In this document: one piece after another, positions 10,621 to 24,600 of the stretch
How positions within the stretch are numbered: the first letter of the stretch is position 1
Layout: every line of letters starts with the position of its first letter
Virus record (IMG/VR): IMGVR_UViG_3300028805_000099
Direction: 5' to 3' (one strand)
DNA length: 64,000 nt
DNA from: an uncultured virus (IMG/VR IMGVR_UViG_3300028805_000099)
Taxonomy: Duplodnaviria; Heunggongvirae; Uroviricota; Caudoviricetes; Crassvirales
Translations under genes and position numbers: made by a program
The notes under the pieces: model-generated
The model's input: only the letters and a program-made list of their open reading frames with translations
What the model was told of the DNA's origin: nothing
Database searches by the model: none

Positions 10621-13600
10621 TGGATAAAAAACTTATATAGGTAGGACTTGGAGGAATGAATAAAGATATTATCAACTCCAAGACTGCACAGCAATTTGCC
10701 TACGAAATCAAGAACTTCAGATTAAATGCTACATAGGACTCTAATGCTTTTGAATTAACTACAGAGAGAGGTACAAAACAAATACCTCTCTCATTGAATT
10801 ATTAGAGTGTTTAGGGTACTATTATAGGTTATTGTGTATTAAATGATTATTTGGTATTGTTTACACATGCTACTTCTAACACAGATAGAATTTATAGGCT
10901 TACTCTTGATGAAAATAGTATTACTGATCTTATTCTTTTATATGAAGGCACTACACTAGATTTTCAAAAAGGTGTTACTGACCTAACAAAAGAGGGACTT
11001 ATAGATGCAATTCCTTACTATGAAACAGAGTTAATTCAAAAAGTATACTGGATTGATGGTATTAATTAGCCTAGGGTTATTAATATAGTAAGTGATAGAG
11101 ACATTCATACTCCTTTAAATAATCCTGTAGATTATGACCCTTATGGCTTTGTATAGGAAATATATAGAGATTATAATTCCATTCAAGTAACTAAAGGTTA
11201 TGTAGGAGGAATGTTTCATGCAGGAGTTATTCAATATGCTTATTCTTTCTTTAATGAGAATGCATAGGAAACTCCTGTGATTGATGTTACTCCTTTATAT
11301 TATATAGCACACGAAGATAGGGGAGAAAAACCTGATACTAGAGTTGGATGTACTTTTACTTTAAGTCTTAATGTTCCTATTGATTTTCATGATAAGTTTG
11401 ATTATATAAGGTTTTATTCAATATATAGAAGTGCTTTAGATACTACTTCTTTAGTTAAGGTAATAAATGAAGTTAAGACAAGTAATCTTACAACCGTCCT
11501 TGTTGACGAAGCTGACCCTTATTCTGATATTGACCATTATACACTGAGTTTTATAGATGATAATACCTAGGGATATGTATATGATGCTCAATAGTTATTG
11601 ATTAGAAATAATAAAATTATTCCTCAAACTTTTAATTACAAAGATGGCAAGCTTTTCTTTGGTAATTTCAAAAACGATTCTTTTGACAGAAAAGTAACAA
11701 ATCTAGAATCTTATACAGGAAATAAAGAGATAGTTTGGGAAACTAGACCATTAAACATTTCTACTGGTAATTACAAATTACTTTATGATTATAAAAATCA
11801 GCTTAAAAAGAACTCAAGAGAAATAAGGACTTTTAAAGGACAGGAATATTATAAAATAGGAATATAGTTGTAGGATATTTATGGAAATTGGGGAGAGCCT
11901 ATATTAATGGGTACCTCCACAAACACTCGATATCCTAAATAGCCTAATAATGATGCTTTTGATACATACGATATTCCTATTGCTCAAGTAGAATGGACTC
12001 ACAGTAGTGGCACAGGAAAAAAGGTATCAGATTTATATAAATATTTAGCTTAGTAGACATATGTAGATTCTGAAGGAAATACTCAAAGTTTTGACTTAAG
12101 TAAATATATAAGAGTAAGGCCTGTGGTATCTTTTCCAAAGCCTTCTGAAAGAAGAGTATTATGTCAAGGAGTAGTAAATCCTACCGTATTTAATTTAGAC
12201 CAAAGAGTAAATGGTACTTTATTTGCTTAGTCTTCTTGGTTTTACAGACCAGTACCTAATTAGTATGGTAATAATAGTCAAGGTGTGGTACATATTATAG
12301 GAGGAGATAATAACCATTTTGGATGGGGAGCAGGATATGTGTAGTGGAAACATAATGCTCCTTTATTCAATACTCTCTTTCCTAACGGTGAAGCACAAAA
12401 TATGTATACTGATGATGTTTTACAAAATAATTTTAATCTTAATAGTCCTACATCTGAAGACTTAATAATTGCACGTCCAGATTGTAGAAATGTTACAAAT
12501 GAACTTTCTGATTATGAAGGTCATTTTATTGGAACATTTGATAATACTTTTAGCTTTTATCATGACAGCGAACTTATACAAACAGATTATTATTTAAGTG
12601 ATAGATAGGGATAGGAAAATTGGTATACTTATGAAGATAGTAACATACAACGAGGAGTATTAGTTGTAAGAGAATGTAGTAATAGTTAGTACACTAATCT
12701 TTACTTGGTAAGTAACGGTTCTCTTTAGGAGGTTACTGTAGGAGGATATGTTATTACACATAAGCATTACGCTGTAACTAAAGAAATAGGAGGAGACGCT
12801 TACGGAAGTCCATTTGGAGGACGTCGATTTTTTATTATTACTAGTAAAGACAATGTTTCATTTTAGGGTTAGAGTGATATTACAGCTTTTATAGAACTCT
12901 ATGGAACTGACACTTATGTATATAAAGCACAAGTTTTTGATGATGATTTTGAAGATAGACCAACTAAATATGCCGATGCTATCTCAAATGAACAAAAACA
13001 AAAATATGAAGGTTTTTACTTTGTAGATAATTAGATTTGTACATTAAATTCCCCAGAAATAGAGTTTAATACTGACATACAAAATACAGATAGTGAAAAT
13101 TATAAAGTTAAGTTTGTAGGCATTTCATAGTTTACACATTTTAATGGTAAATATAACATTATTGCTGAAAATCCATTGTTTTTGAATAATGTGGAAAAGG
13201 ATAGACAACATAAATACTATACTAGAGGAACATAGCTTGCCAAAGGGTTTTGTGATGAGTCTTTTAACGGAAAGAGTTTTTGGGGAGGATAGACTGTATC
13301 TGCTTTAAATTGTTGGTTTGATGATGCTTGTAATCTTTTTACTTGGGAAGACAACAGTGGAATTAAAAATGTATGGCTATGGAATACAGATAAAATAATG
13401 AAATCTTATGTTGTATATCCGTGGCAAAGAAAATATTTAAACAATTTTAACAATAATACATTCTTACTAGAGAAATATTATGCTAATAATCAAAAAAGTA
13501 ATATTACTGAAGAACAGCCTACTTCTACTATAATAAAAAAGATACTAGGAAATATAAAAGTTGGACAAACTATATACAATTTAGGAAACCATTCTTAGAA

Positions 13601-15785
13601 TGTACAAACTCCTTACTGGGACACAAAAAATACTTTTCTCAAATAGTATAATAGTGAAGAACCTACTTTATTAAAATTAATCGATAACTTATATTATAGT
13701 GGTAATATTGATTAGTTAATAACTACTAATAGTGAATATAAAGGGTTATTATTTATCAGCAGACCAAGAGAACACTAGTTTAATTGGGATTGGGATACTA
13801 CGACAGGCTATCCTATTATAGTAGGACAATCAAGATCATTAGGTGATATATATTAGTCTTGTGGAAAATGGAATGAGTATGTACTGCAAGGACAAGAAGC
13901 TTATGGAGATATTACTACTCCTAATAACAGGAGTACAGATACTATTTGGATAAGATACAAATCTTCTCCACATTTTGTATTTAACATAGGAAAAGAAAGT
14001 AATATAGAACGAACTTTACCTATATATAAAGTGTTGTTTAATAGAAATCAGGTATTTTACCCAAATTCTATTTATTCTAACGACATTAGAAATCCTACAC
14101 CTATAAACACAATTTGGAATTCAGAGTCTTAGGATATTTATACTCCAGAAATTGAAACTGATTATTCTTTCCCAGAGTAGCCAGATTCTTCTACCCATCC
14201 TACTACAGTAACATTTAAAGCTTATAACTATCTTTGGATAGCAGATATATTTAAAGATGCTGCTTCAAGTTCTTATACAAATGATAATCCAAAAAGTTTT
14301 GAGAATTTAAACAGATTATGGCTACCTTGTGGTGATAGTCTTCCTTTTAATGCTACAAACAATACTGTAATACAATGGGTTGAAGGAGACACATTCTTCC
14401 AAAGATATGACTGTTTAAAAACTTATCCATTTAGTAATGATGACTATCAATCAGTTGTAGAGATTGGTTCATTTATGCTTGAAACAAGGGTTAACCTTGA
14501 TGGCAGATATGATACTAATAGGGGATTGATGGATAATACAGCTATAACTAAGGAAAACTTTAATCTTATCAATCCTGTATATAGCCAAATGAATAATTTC
14601 TTCTAGTATAAAATATTGGATGAAAGATTCAATAATAAGGAAACTGAATATAAAAATAGGATTACTTGGACTCTTGACAAAAAGAATGGTGATGATGTTG
14701 ATGAATGGACTAGAGTAACTGAATTAGGTATTATTGACTTAGACGGAGACAAAGGTAAAATTACAAAAATTGAAAGGTTTGATAACAACCTATATATCTT
14801 TTAGGATAAAGGCATTTCAAGAATAAACTATAATGATAATATTCAAATTCCTACAGAAGGAAACGTACCTATCGAGATAGTTAATTCTGGACTTATCAAT
14901 GGTAAGAGATATATAAGTGAGAATCAAGGCCTTCAAGATAAATGGTGCAGCGTTTCCACTCCTAGTGGGATTTTCTTTAAAGATGGTTATTCTAAAGCAT
15001 TGTTTAACTTAAAGTATGATGAAAGGAGAAATCCTATTGTAGGAGCCTTATCTTATAATACGATTCAAAAGTGGACTGAATAGAATATAGACAGTATTTA
15101 TAGATTAAACTATGATAATCAAATGAACGAAATATTGTTTATGATAGACAATAATAATTATTCATCATTGGCTTATTCATTACAATACCAGGCTTTTACT
15201 TCATTTTATGATTATGTAAAGTTTGTTGGTAATTATAAGAATTTAAGTTTCTCTATTAACCCAGATGATTCTACTAATATTTGGTTACTTAGAAAAGCAA
15301 AGGATGGAGATGAGCCATTATTCAATTGTTTCTATAGCGATAAGACTAATCCTTATTGGATTAAGTTCACTTCAGTAGTAGATAATTATGATTGTATATT
15401 TGATAATCTATACTTAAAGAGTAATATTTATGATTATCAAAGCAATAGTATGAATGATGAAGATATAGATATCACTTCAAAGGGGGATACCATTTATGAT
15501 GGAGATAGTGTTTTTCCTTTTGATAAAATATCTGTAAGCAATGATAAGCAAGCCTATGAAAATGAGACTACTTCTACTCCTCTTCCTACAGATGAATGGA
15601 AAGAATTTAAACCTATTAAGAAGTTCGGAGTTTGGAGAGGAAGGATTCCTAGAATAAATTCAATAGATGGAAAGTACTTAGGAAGTAGAATTAGAAACCA
15701 TTGGACTAGAATAGGATTGAAAAATTCAAGTCCTTCAACTAATAAAACGGTAATTAGGGATATAAAAGTTGATGCATTTTATTGA
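10620..15785 (+). CDS. tail muzzle/stabilisation protein, about 1721 aa, many in-frame TAG
   Basis: TAATG-coupled start; ORFs 10851, 11277, 11598, 12402, 13398, 14616 and 15123 share one frame; motifs KVYWIDGIN*PRVINI, GDTFFQRYDCLKTYP, ETRVNLDGRYD, KKFGVWR...RIRNHW. Confidence 0.85.
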
Positions 15786-15786
15786 T

Positions 15787-15822
15787 TTAAGGGCTGGCAG
15801 AGATGTCAGCCTTTAATATTTT
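15787..15822 (+). terminator. probable intrinsic terminator
   Basis: TTAAGGGCTGGCA-GAGA-TGTCAGCCTTTAA hairpin right after the muzzle stop. Confidence 0.65.
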
Positions 15823-15858
15823 AATTGATTTTCAATTAATATCATACAATTATAAACT

Positions 15859-15877
15859 TATTTTATATACTTTTGCA
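15859..15877 (+). promoter_or_regulatory. Bacteroidota-type promoter
   Basis: TATTTTATATACTTTTGCA identical to 1140-1158, upstream of ATG 15895. Confidence 0.7.
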
Positions 15878-15894
15878 GTTAAATTATTAATGTT

Positions 15895-18800
15895 ATGGCA
15901 AAAAATAATAATACTTTGGTTTTTAATGGTTTAATGCAAGGAATGTCTTGGGATTAGATTAAGGAAGCTAAAGATGAAATAAAGAGACATTAGGGAGAAA
16001 AACCTCCTACTAAGAAAGATATACTTACTGGTTGGATTATAGGTAAGGATTATATGCTTCAGTAGTAGGGAGAATAGTATAGAAAAGGTGGGCATTTGGC
16101 TTAGGATGGCAGTATGTTAAGTAGTCCTAACGCTGCTGATTTCTATAACTTTGATAATCAATTTAAGTTTAATACAGATATAAACAGTAATACAACTAAC
16201 ACAGATTCTCAATATAGTACGGAAGGAAACAACAATTCTTCTTAGAATAATATTACTATGGGTTCTGGATTATTTGAAGGAATAAATTCTACAGTTGCTC
16301 CTGTTGTTGGTAAAGTGGCTAATTCTTTAACTTATAATGACTACTGGGGAAATTCTAGCGATGTAAATACAGCTGCATACGGAGATTCTTCTGCTGATCC
16401 TATAGTAAGACTTCTTGGAAATATATCAGGTACTGGTTTAAAAAGAGCTTTAGATGAAATAGAGAATAGAAGGCAAGGAAACTATCTTAACTTAAATTAT
16501 GGAGATAATGCAAGTCTTATGGCATAGATTGAAGCCTATAATAAAAGCAAGTTAAGTAAGATACCAACCTTGGGAGAACCAAGAACTAAAGAATTTTTTA
16601 TTGATACTTTAAACTCTACTGCTTAGGGAGCTTTGCATGGGGCAACTCTTGCCAAAGGTGCTGGAGGTGCTGGAGCTTTTATTGGAGGAGTATTAGGACT
16701 TATGGCTAAAGGAGGAAATGGTCTTATTGAAACATCTAATAGAATTAAACTAAATGATGCCATATAGGATGCAAATAACGATTTAATCAGAAATGATTAG
16801 AGAATTGCCTATACTGTTGGTAATAGCCAATCATTAAATGCTTTCAATCAACTTCAACATATGACAAAAAATGGAGGACATCTTGCATAGGACGGAGGAA
16901 AAAAGAAAAACAAATATGCTATTGAAGGTTCCCTTGCAGATAAATATAAATACACTACTTTAGGTGCTTTATTAGGACCTCCTGCTATGACTTATACAAA
17001 AACTCCAGAAGAGTATCAAGAAATTTTAAATAATGAAGCTTAGGCAAGTGCTATCTTACAATCTGCTCTTGCTCCAATTACAATGTCTCCTGTTAATAAT
17101 TGGCCAACATTTGGGTATATTACAGGAATAGGTAGCCCATTTTTATTTAAAAAAATCAACGATTCCTTTACAAAAAAAGATAATGAAGTAAAAGAGATTT
17201 AGAAAAGAATAGGAATAGAATACTCAAAAGGAGGCAAATTAAATAAGGCACATAAATTTGCTGAAGGAGGATTGTTAAGTACTTATGACTATGGTCTTGA
17301 GGAAGTGAATGCTGGAGGTTCTCACGAAGAGAATCCTAATGAAGGAGTTGTTGTAAGTTATGCTCCTGATGGTTTGCCTAATAAAGTTGAAGAAGGTGAA
17401 ACCATACATAATGATTATGTATATTCAAAGAGACTTGAAGCTAATGAAAAGGTTCTTAAGAATAATCTTCTTGATGAAAAATATGAAGGTAAGTCATTTG
17501 CTGATATTTCAAAGAAACTTACTGAAGATAGAAAGCAAAGACCTAATGACCCAATTTCAGTAAGAACTAATGAAGAAAACCTTAATAGGCTTCAAGATGC
17601 TTAGGAAGAACTTAAACTTGATAATAAAACTAGGGAAGTAAAGAAATTCTTAGGTAGTCTTAATAATGATTAGCTTAATGCCCTTCAACAAGAAATGATG
17701 GATGAGTATGAGGCTTATGCTGAACAGTAGGCTCAACAGCAAGAGGCGGAGGATTAGGCTTATCAAGAGGAACAAGCTGCTTAGGAAGGAATGTTTGGTA
17801 AAGGAGGTCATCTCAAACAAGGTACCTATGGTAATTCTTCACTTTCAGAAGTAAGGTCTTCAATTTCAGAATTGCGCCCTGTATATGATGTGGAAGGAAA
17901 CACAGTAGGATGGAAAAATCCTGACTATAATTCTAATGAAAAGGTATTGAATATATCAGGCTATAATCCTAATTATGAAGGTGCGTAGATTTATGCTGAT
18001 AATAGAAATTGGTTCTAGCGTAATATAGCTTCTCCTTGGAATACTTGGTGGAATAATTTACCTTCTCCAGAATTCTCTTGGGCAGCTAGGAATCTTACTC
18101 CTGTTGGTGCTGTTGATGCAATAATAAACGGAGATACTGAAGCTCTTCTTGAAGGAGCGTTGTTTTCAGGATTGTTAGGTAAAGCAAAGAAAGCTTCTAA
18201 AGTAGTAGATAAGACAGATGACGCTCTTAGACTTATGTAGGAAGCTCAATTAGGAGGAAATACTACAAAGGAGGTTACAAAAGAAGCAGCTAAAAATAGT
18301 TCAAAATGGTTAAAAAGCTTAGGAATAGGAGTAGGAGCAATAGGATTACCTTTGGCTGGATTCTATGTTACTGACATAGAAAAGAATAAAGATAAATATG
18401 ATTAGAAAGCTTAGGAGAGAGGTAGAAGTATTGGAGACACTATTGTTGGAGATTGGCAATTTAAGGGAGATACTGTAATTAATACTAAAACAGGAGAGAA
18501 AATTTATTCAAAAGGCGGACATATTAATTGGTGGGGTAATAAATTATCTTAGTCTAGATATGAAGCCATAAAAGCTCTTTATGATTAGGCCTCTTACTCA
18601 AACCCTCATATTCCTAATTATTCAGTGTTTGGAAAGTATCTTAATAATTTAACCCCAGAAGAGGTAGAAGGAAGTACAATAGGTTATAGAGATATATTTG
18701 GAAGATTTGTTCCTTTTGGTGGATAGCCTTAGTAGATTGTACCTTCTTATTAGGGTGTTTCTTCTGGTACTAATACTAATACTGATGCCTCAGAATCGGA

Positions 18801-19593
18801 AAGATAGAAACCTCCTCAAGGACCAAATAAAACTACTACTTAGGAATTTCCTAACTATTTATCTTATTTAAGATATGCTCCCATATTAGGCAGTTTAGGA
18901 TAGGTATTGAGTGATACCTTAGGTTTAACCAATCAACCTGATTATTCAAACATTGATATGTATAGAAGAGCTGTTGATAATATAGGAGGAGTTAATTTTG
19001 TTCCTATTGGAGGTTATTAGTAGTATACTCCTATAGATAGGGAATATATAGCAAATCAACAACTTGCTCAGGCTGCGTCATATAACAGGTCTTTGAATAA
19101 TGTAAATCCTATAGGTTCTTATATCTTAGGTATTATAAATGATGCTAAAGTAAGAGACCAAATTGGAGATATGTACATTAATGCTGCTGCACAAGATTAG
19201 AAAGATAAACTTGCAGTAGCTGAATATAATAGAGGAATTGACATTACTAATGCTAGAAATTCCTTGGCAGCACAATCAGAGAATGCAAGACTTAGAGCTT
19301 AGAGAGCTAATGAATACCAAAAGATAGCAACTATGAGGGATAATGAAAGAAATATTGCTGAGGCAGCTAGAGCAGCTAACTATGATAAATTTATTACTAA
19401 TGTTGGTAACCTGGGTAAAGAAGAGTTTGCTTTTAATTAGGTAGATTCTAATGCTGCTTTACTTGGATATTATACAGATAGAACAGGTAGAGCAAGGTAT
19501 AGAATGCCCGCTTTTATAAAACCTGATGGTTTTGAAGCTTATAAACAATATTTAAAATCTCATGGCGTAGATGAAAGTCAAATTGATGCATAA
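15895..19593 (+). CDS. cargo/ejection protein 1-like, 1232 aa, TAG-recoded
   Basis: ORFs 16258, 17272 and 17791 share one frame; GGSHEENPNEGV...PNKVEEGE and LRYAPILG motifs; Gly/Ala-rich hydrophobic segments; follows the muzzle gene. Confidence 0.8.
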
Positions 19594-19614
19594 CAATAAT
19601 AGGAGAAAATAAAA

Positions 19615-21666
19615 ATGGCAAGAATATTTACAAGTACATATGAACCTTATACATATTAGGATTTAGCTGTAGTACCTACACAACTAGCAGCAATGCATAA
19701 GGAATATCAAGATTCATATGACCAGACACTTAGTATAATAGACCAAATGAGAGCTAGAGCTGACAATGACCCAAATTCAGAGTGGGCATAGAGGTTTTAT
19801 AAGTATATGAAAGGAGTTGAAAAATCATCTTAGGATTTATTAAATACTGGAGTAGTAAATAGGGGCAATTTAGCTAATTTTATGGAAATGAGAAGAAACT
19901 TTGCCTCTGGTGTAGGAAATGCTGCATAGGCTTTTTAGACGTTAGATAATTGGAGAAAAGAGAATGCATCATTAAACAAAAACGGAAGAACTGTTTTTTC
20001 CAATGAACCCACAATAGATGAGATAATAAGTGGTAAAGCAAAGAGACAATCACATATTAATGGTGAAGATATATATAATTAGGCTAAAGATATGATGACA
20101 GCTAATGCTAAAAGAATCTTAGAAACTGGAAGGATAGAATACTATAATGCAATATATGATAAAATAACAAAGCAAGGTGGTTATTCTGGAAGAGATATAC
20201 AGTCTTTAATACAAGACCCAGAATTGCAATATATTGTACAATCTATTGTACCAAATATGTTGGATTATAATTAGGAGGACCAAAGGAGAATAGCTATGGA
20301 AGCTCTTAATGGAGCTTTAGCTGGTGCAATAGGGGCTAGTTCTATTGACTTTAGACAAAACCCAAGAAGATAGGCAAATTACGAACATAGTTTAAATACT
20401 ACTCCAATATATCCTAATTCTTTCAATAACACAGGTAAATTTAACTTTAATGTTAATAAAATGTATAGCAAAAGAGATTAGGATAAAAAAGTGAAAGTAT
20501 TAGATACTTTTAAAGATAATTATAACTATGATATAGTTACTGGAAAGACTTCTATTACAGATAAATTTTATAATGACATAATATCCTATTCTAAGTTCTA
20601 TAATGATGTTTAGGCATACAAAGTTGCTTATGATAAATATAAAGCAGGAGAACTGTCTGAAAAGCTTTTTAAACAACTTGAGAAAAAGATGGATAGAAGT
20701 GTTATAAGTGCCTTTACTAGAAATAGAAATAAAGGATTAAACGAAGGCGTTTATACTAGAATGTCACAATCTACTGGAGGACCACACGAAAGTATGGCTT
20801 TATCAGGTTCAAGAGAAGATGTAAGTAAAGATGAATACTTGTAGAATATAGTATCCTCACTTAATATTACTTCAGATATGACAAAAGAAGATATAGAAGA
20901 GCTATTAACAGGGTATATAAGCGGAGAACAAAGTAACTATGACTTTGCTGATTTAATGATGACTTCTTATATAGATGTGCCATTAGGTCAGCAAAAGGAA
21001 AAATAGGATAATTATAAAAATCATATAAAAAGATTGTATAGTGAAGAGGAAATACCTATTGTTGACTTGAATTAGGAGGGAACAGCTTTTGCCCGTACAG
21101 GAGAAACCATTAAAAAAGATGAATTAGATAAAATGACAATAATGGGAATGAAACTTTCTCCACAAGGAGATATTTGGGAAGTTGGAGACAATAAAAGAAC
21201 TGTTTGGATTAGTGCTCCTCATTAGGGTAGTGCTGGTAATCAAATAAATAATGACTGGTCTAATGCTATTGCTTATAGTGAAGCTATAAATAATGAAGAT
21301 AGAAATTCACTAAGATATTATTCTAGTATATTTGAACAACTTTCAAATAATCCAGAGTTTTAGGAATTTGTCAGACAAAGCTACAATGGACAGGCAGATG
21401 TGTATAGTATACATTAGATGATAAATAATGCAAATACACACCAAGAGGTTAGATAGGTTGTAAACATTCTTGAAAGTTTATTATCTAACATAAATAATCC
21501 TGATATATAGAGTTACATATCACAATAGAGAAGGAAATCATAGGCTTTATATGATGCAACAAATTCATATATAGAATATATAATATAGGGAAATGTAGGT
21601 GAAATAGGAGATACTTATGAAACTACTCCTACTACATTTAAAAATCCTAATATAGAAATCCAATAA
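19615..21666 (+). CDS. virion cargo protein, 683 aa, TAG-recoded
   Basis: AGGAG leader; MARIFTSTYEPYTY*DLAVVP...; same frame as ORF 20092; ends at TAA 21666. Confidence 0.72.
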
Positions 21667-21679
21667 ATAAAATATAATT

Positions 21680-24600
21680 ATGGGAATATATAATACAGAA
21701 GATTTTAATACCTTAGATATAACAGAACTAGGAGCGTTAGATTGGAGATAGCTGTAGGACGAAAATAATCCTTAGGCCATTTATCCTCCTTATGGCAAGA
21801 AAATGACTGCTAAACAATAGCAAGAATACTAGTAGTATCTTAAAGATTTAGAAGATACTAAAATATTAAACGATATGGGGCTAATGACTCCTGCTCAAAC
21901 TAGAATGAGAAGTTTTGACCCAGCTTATGATAGTTTTATTTCTTAGCCTGTAGAATCTAGTGTTGCAAGGACTTCTACCCCATTTGGAGAATCAAAATAT
22001 GACCCAAATGTTATTTTTGGGGATGATATAAACCATATAGAAAACAGTAGGGCAGAAGAATAGTCTACGCTTGCAAAATTAGGTAATGGTCTTGGAAAAG
22101 CTGTTGTTACAGCAGGAACCACTTTTATTAATGGTACTTTAGGATTAGTTGCAGGAGGTATAGGTATGGCAACATCTTTTGTAGGAGATTGGACTGGGTT
22201 AGAAGATGCCTCAACTATGGAAAGTTTGGCTAAATCATTCAGAAATGAAATAACAGACGGTATGTAGGATATAAATAGAGAAATGGAAAATATTCTTCCT
22301 AATTATAGAACTGAAGAGGAGCAATCTAAATCCTGGTACCAAAATATGGGAACTGCAAATTTCTGGGCAGATTTTATTAAACAATTAGGATTTACTGTAG
22401 GAGCATATTATAGTGGTGGAGCTTGGGTAAAAGGCCTAAAAGCTTTAGGTTTAATTTCAAAACCTCTTGGTGCAAATATAGTAGGTTCTTTGGTAGGTGC
22501 TGTTGGTGAAGGAGTAGTGGAAGCTAATTAGAATTCAAGGGATTGGTATGAATATTAGATGGCACAATTGAATGATTAGGCTATAGCACAAAAAAATCTC
22601 CTAGATAAACAATTATATGAAGGCACAATAACAAAGCCAATCTATGATGCTAAAATAAACGAGTTAAGTAGAAATAGGTCAATAGCATAGGATAACTTAT
22701 TAGAAAAATCATATACTGCTGGTATGATTGATTTAGGGACTAACATTCCTCTTTTAATGTTAGATAATATGCTTATGTTTGGTAAGTTATATTCAAAAGG
22801 ATTTAATACTGCCAAAAAAGCTGCTGGAAATACAAGAAAAACCATTAGAAAGGAAGCAATACAATCAATAAATGAAGCTCTTGAAAGTAATAGTCCAGAA
22901 GTTATAGAAAACACACTAAAAAGGAATGGTAGATATGTTTGGGATAAGATAACAAAAGGAAGTACCTATGCGAAAGGTTTTGGTAATTTCTTTAGAGAAG
23001 GTAATGAGGAATTAGCACAGGCATTCTTTTCCGAATTTTCAGGAAATATGGTATCTCCAGATTCTCCAGATGCTTATTATAAAGCTCTTACCGACCCAAA
23101 GGCATTAGACGAAACAAAATCTTTTCTTACTTCATTAACTGAAGGTTTAGCAAATTCTTATGGTAGTTTGGAAAGATGGCAGGAGTTTATTATGGGAGGT
23201 CTTACGGGTTTATTAGGTACTCCAACTTTTGGAAGGTCCTAGAACTCCTCTGAAAACACCTGGCTAGGTAGAAACAAGATGATAGGTATTTCAGGAGGAT
23301 TGTTTGGATAGATAAAATCTGACAAACTAATGAATAAACTTGGTTAGGAAAATGTTGACTTTATAAACGATTATCTTGATAAATATGAGTAGGATAGAGC
23401 AAATGGAATAAGACATTTTGCTGCAAGTAATGCATTTGTTGATGCCATGAATGGTTGGGCAGAGGAAGGTAATGCGTTTGAATATAAGAATGCCTAGGAT
23501 AATGAAGATTTTGTGGCTATATCAAGATTTCATTTTGCTGGAAGGACATAGGATATATTGGATATTATAGACTAGGATTTTGAAAATATATCTGATGAAG
23601 AATTGGATAAAATAGCAAAATACAATACAAACAATGAAAACAATCAATGGAAGAACGCTGATGGGAGCTATAAATCTGAAACTCCTGAAGGAAGGAAGGA
23701 AATGAGAAAAGCATTGATTGAAAAAAGAGATACTATAAAACAAGAAATAAAAGATTTTTAGGACTCTGTAGATTCTATTTAGAATCTTACTGAAAATCAG
23801 TTAGATAAAGATAAAGAAACTGAATTAGCATGGTTGTCTTGGAAAATAAAAAGATTTAATAATAGATTTAATAATATAAAGGAAGAGAATAGAGAGCTTT
23901 TCCAAACACTCAGAAATAACATACAATAGTACTTGTAGGCTACTGATGATTCAGAAGAAGGTAATAAATATAAAAAGAATTTCTAGGCACTTATTGATTT
24001 TATAGATTACCTAAACCAATCTGATTCTTCATTAAAATTTGCTACAAGAATATATGCTAACTTAGAAAACCTAAAAACTCTTAATAATAAAGAATCCTTT
24101 GATTTATATATGTCAGATGCTGAAGGAAACCCTTCTGGAATATCCTTAGATGATTATATAAAAGCGATGACAAACTTGAGGGATGCAGGAAGGTTAGCAT
24201 CAATTTCCAAGACATTTAATGAAAGGTTATATGAATATTTGAATGATGCTTCTTCATAGTAGAAGAGAAGAGATAAAACTGATTAGGAGCAATCTAAAAA
24301 AAGGCAAGACAGGGATAAACAACAAGCAGAGGAAGCTGTAAAAAACAAGACAACAAAAGATATATTAAGTGAATATAACGATGGTAACATTTCTGATGAT
24401 TTTTTAAAACAAGCATCTGAATTTGACGATAGTGTGAAAAAAGTGGATGAGATTGTTGATATACAAAAATCAATATTAGATTATACAGATAAGAATGATT
24501 TTAGTGATGTTGATAGGCAAATAATCGATAGTGTGTTATAGAAACAAATAGATAATTGGGATGATTCAACTGATTCGGATGGAATATTAAGTACTGATAC

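Noticed and set aside
12400..13000. Possible intein or foreign insert in the muzzle gene (locally more CG)
   Set aside because: No intein splice motifs or endonuclease signature seen; cannot be told from ordinary variable sequence without alignment
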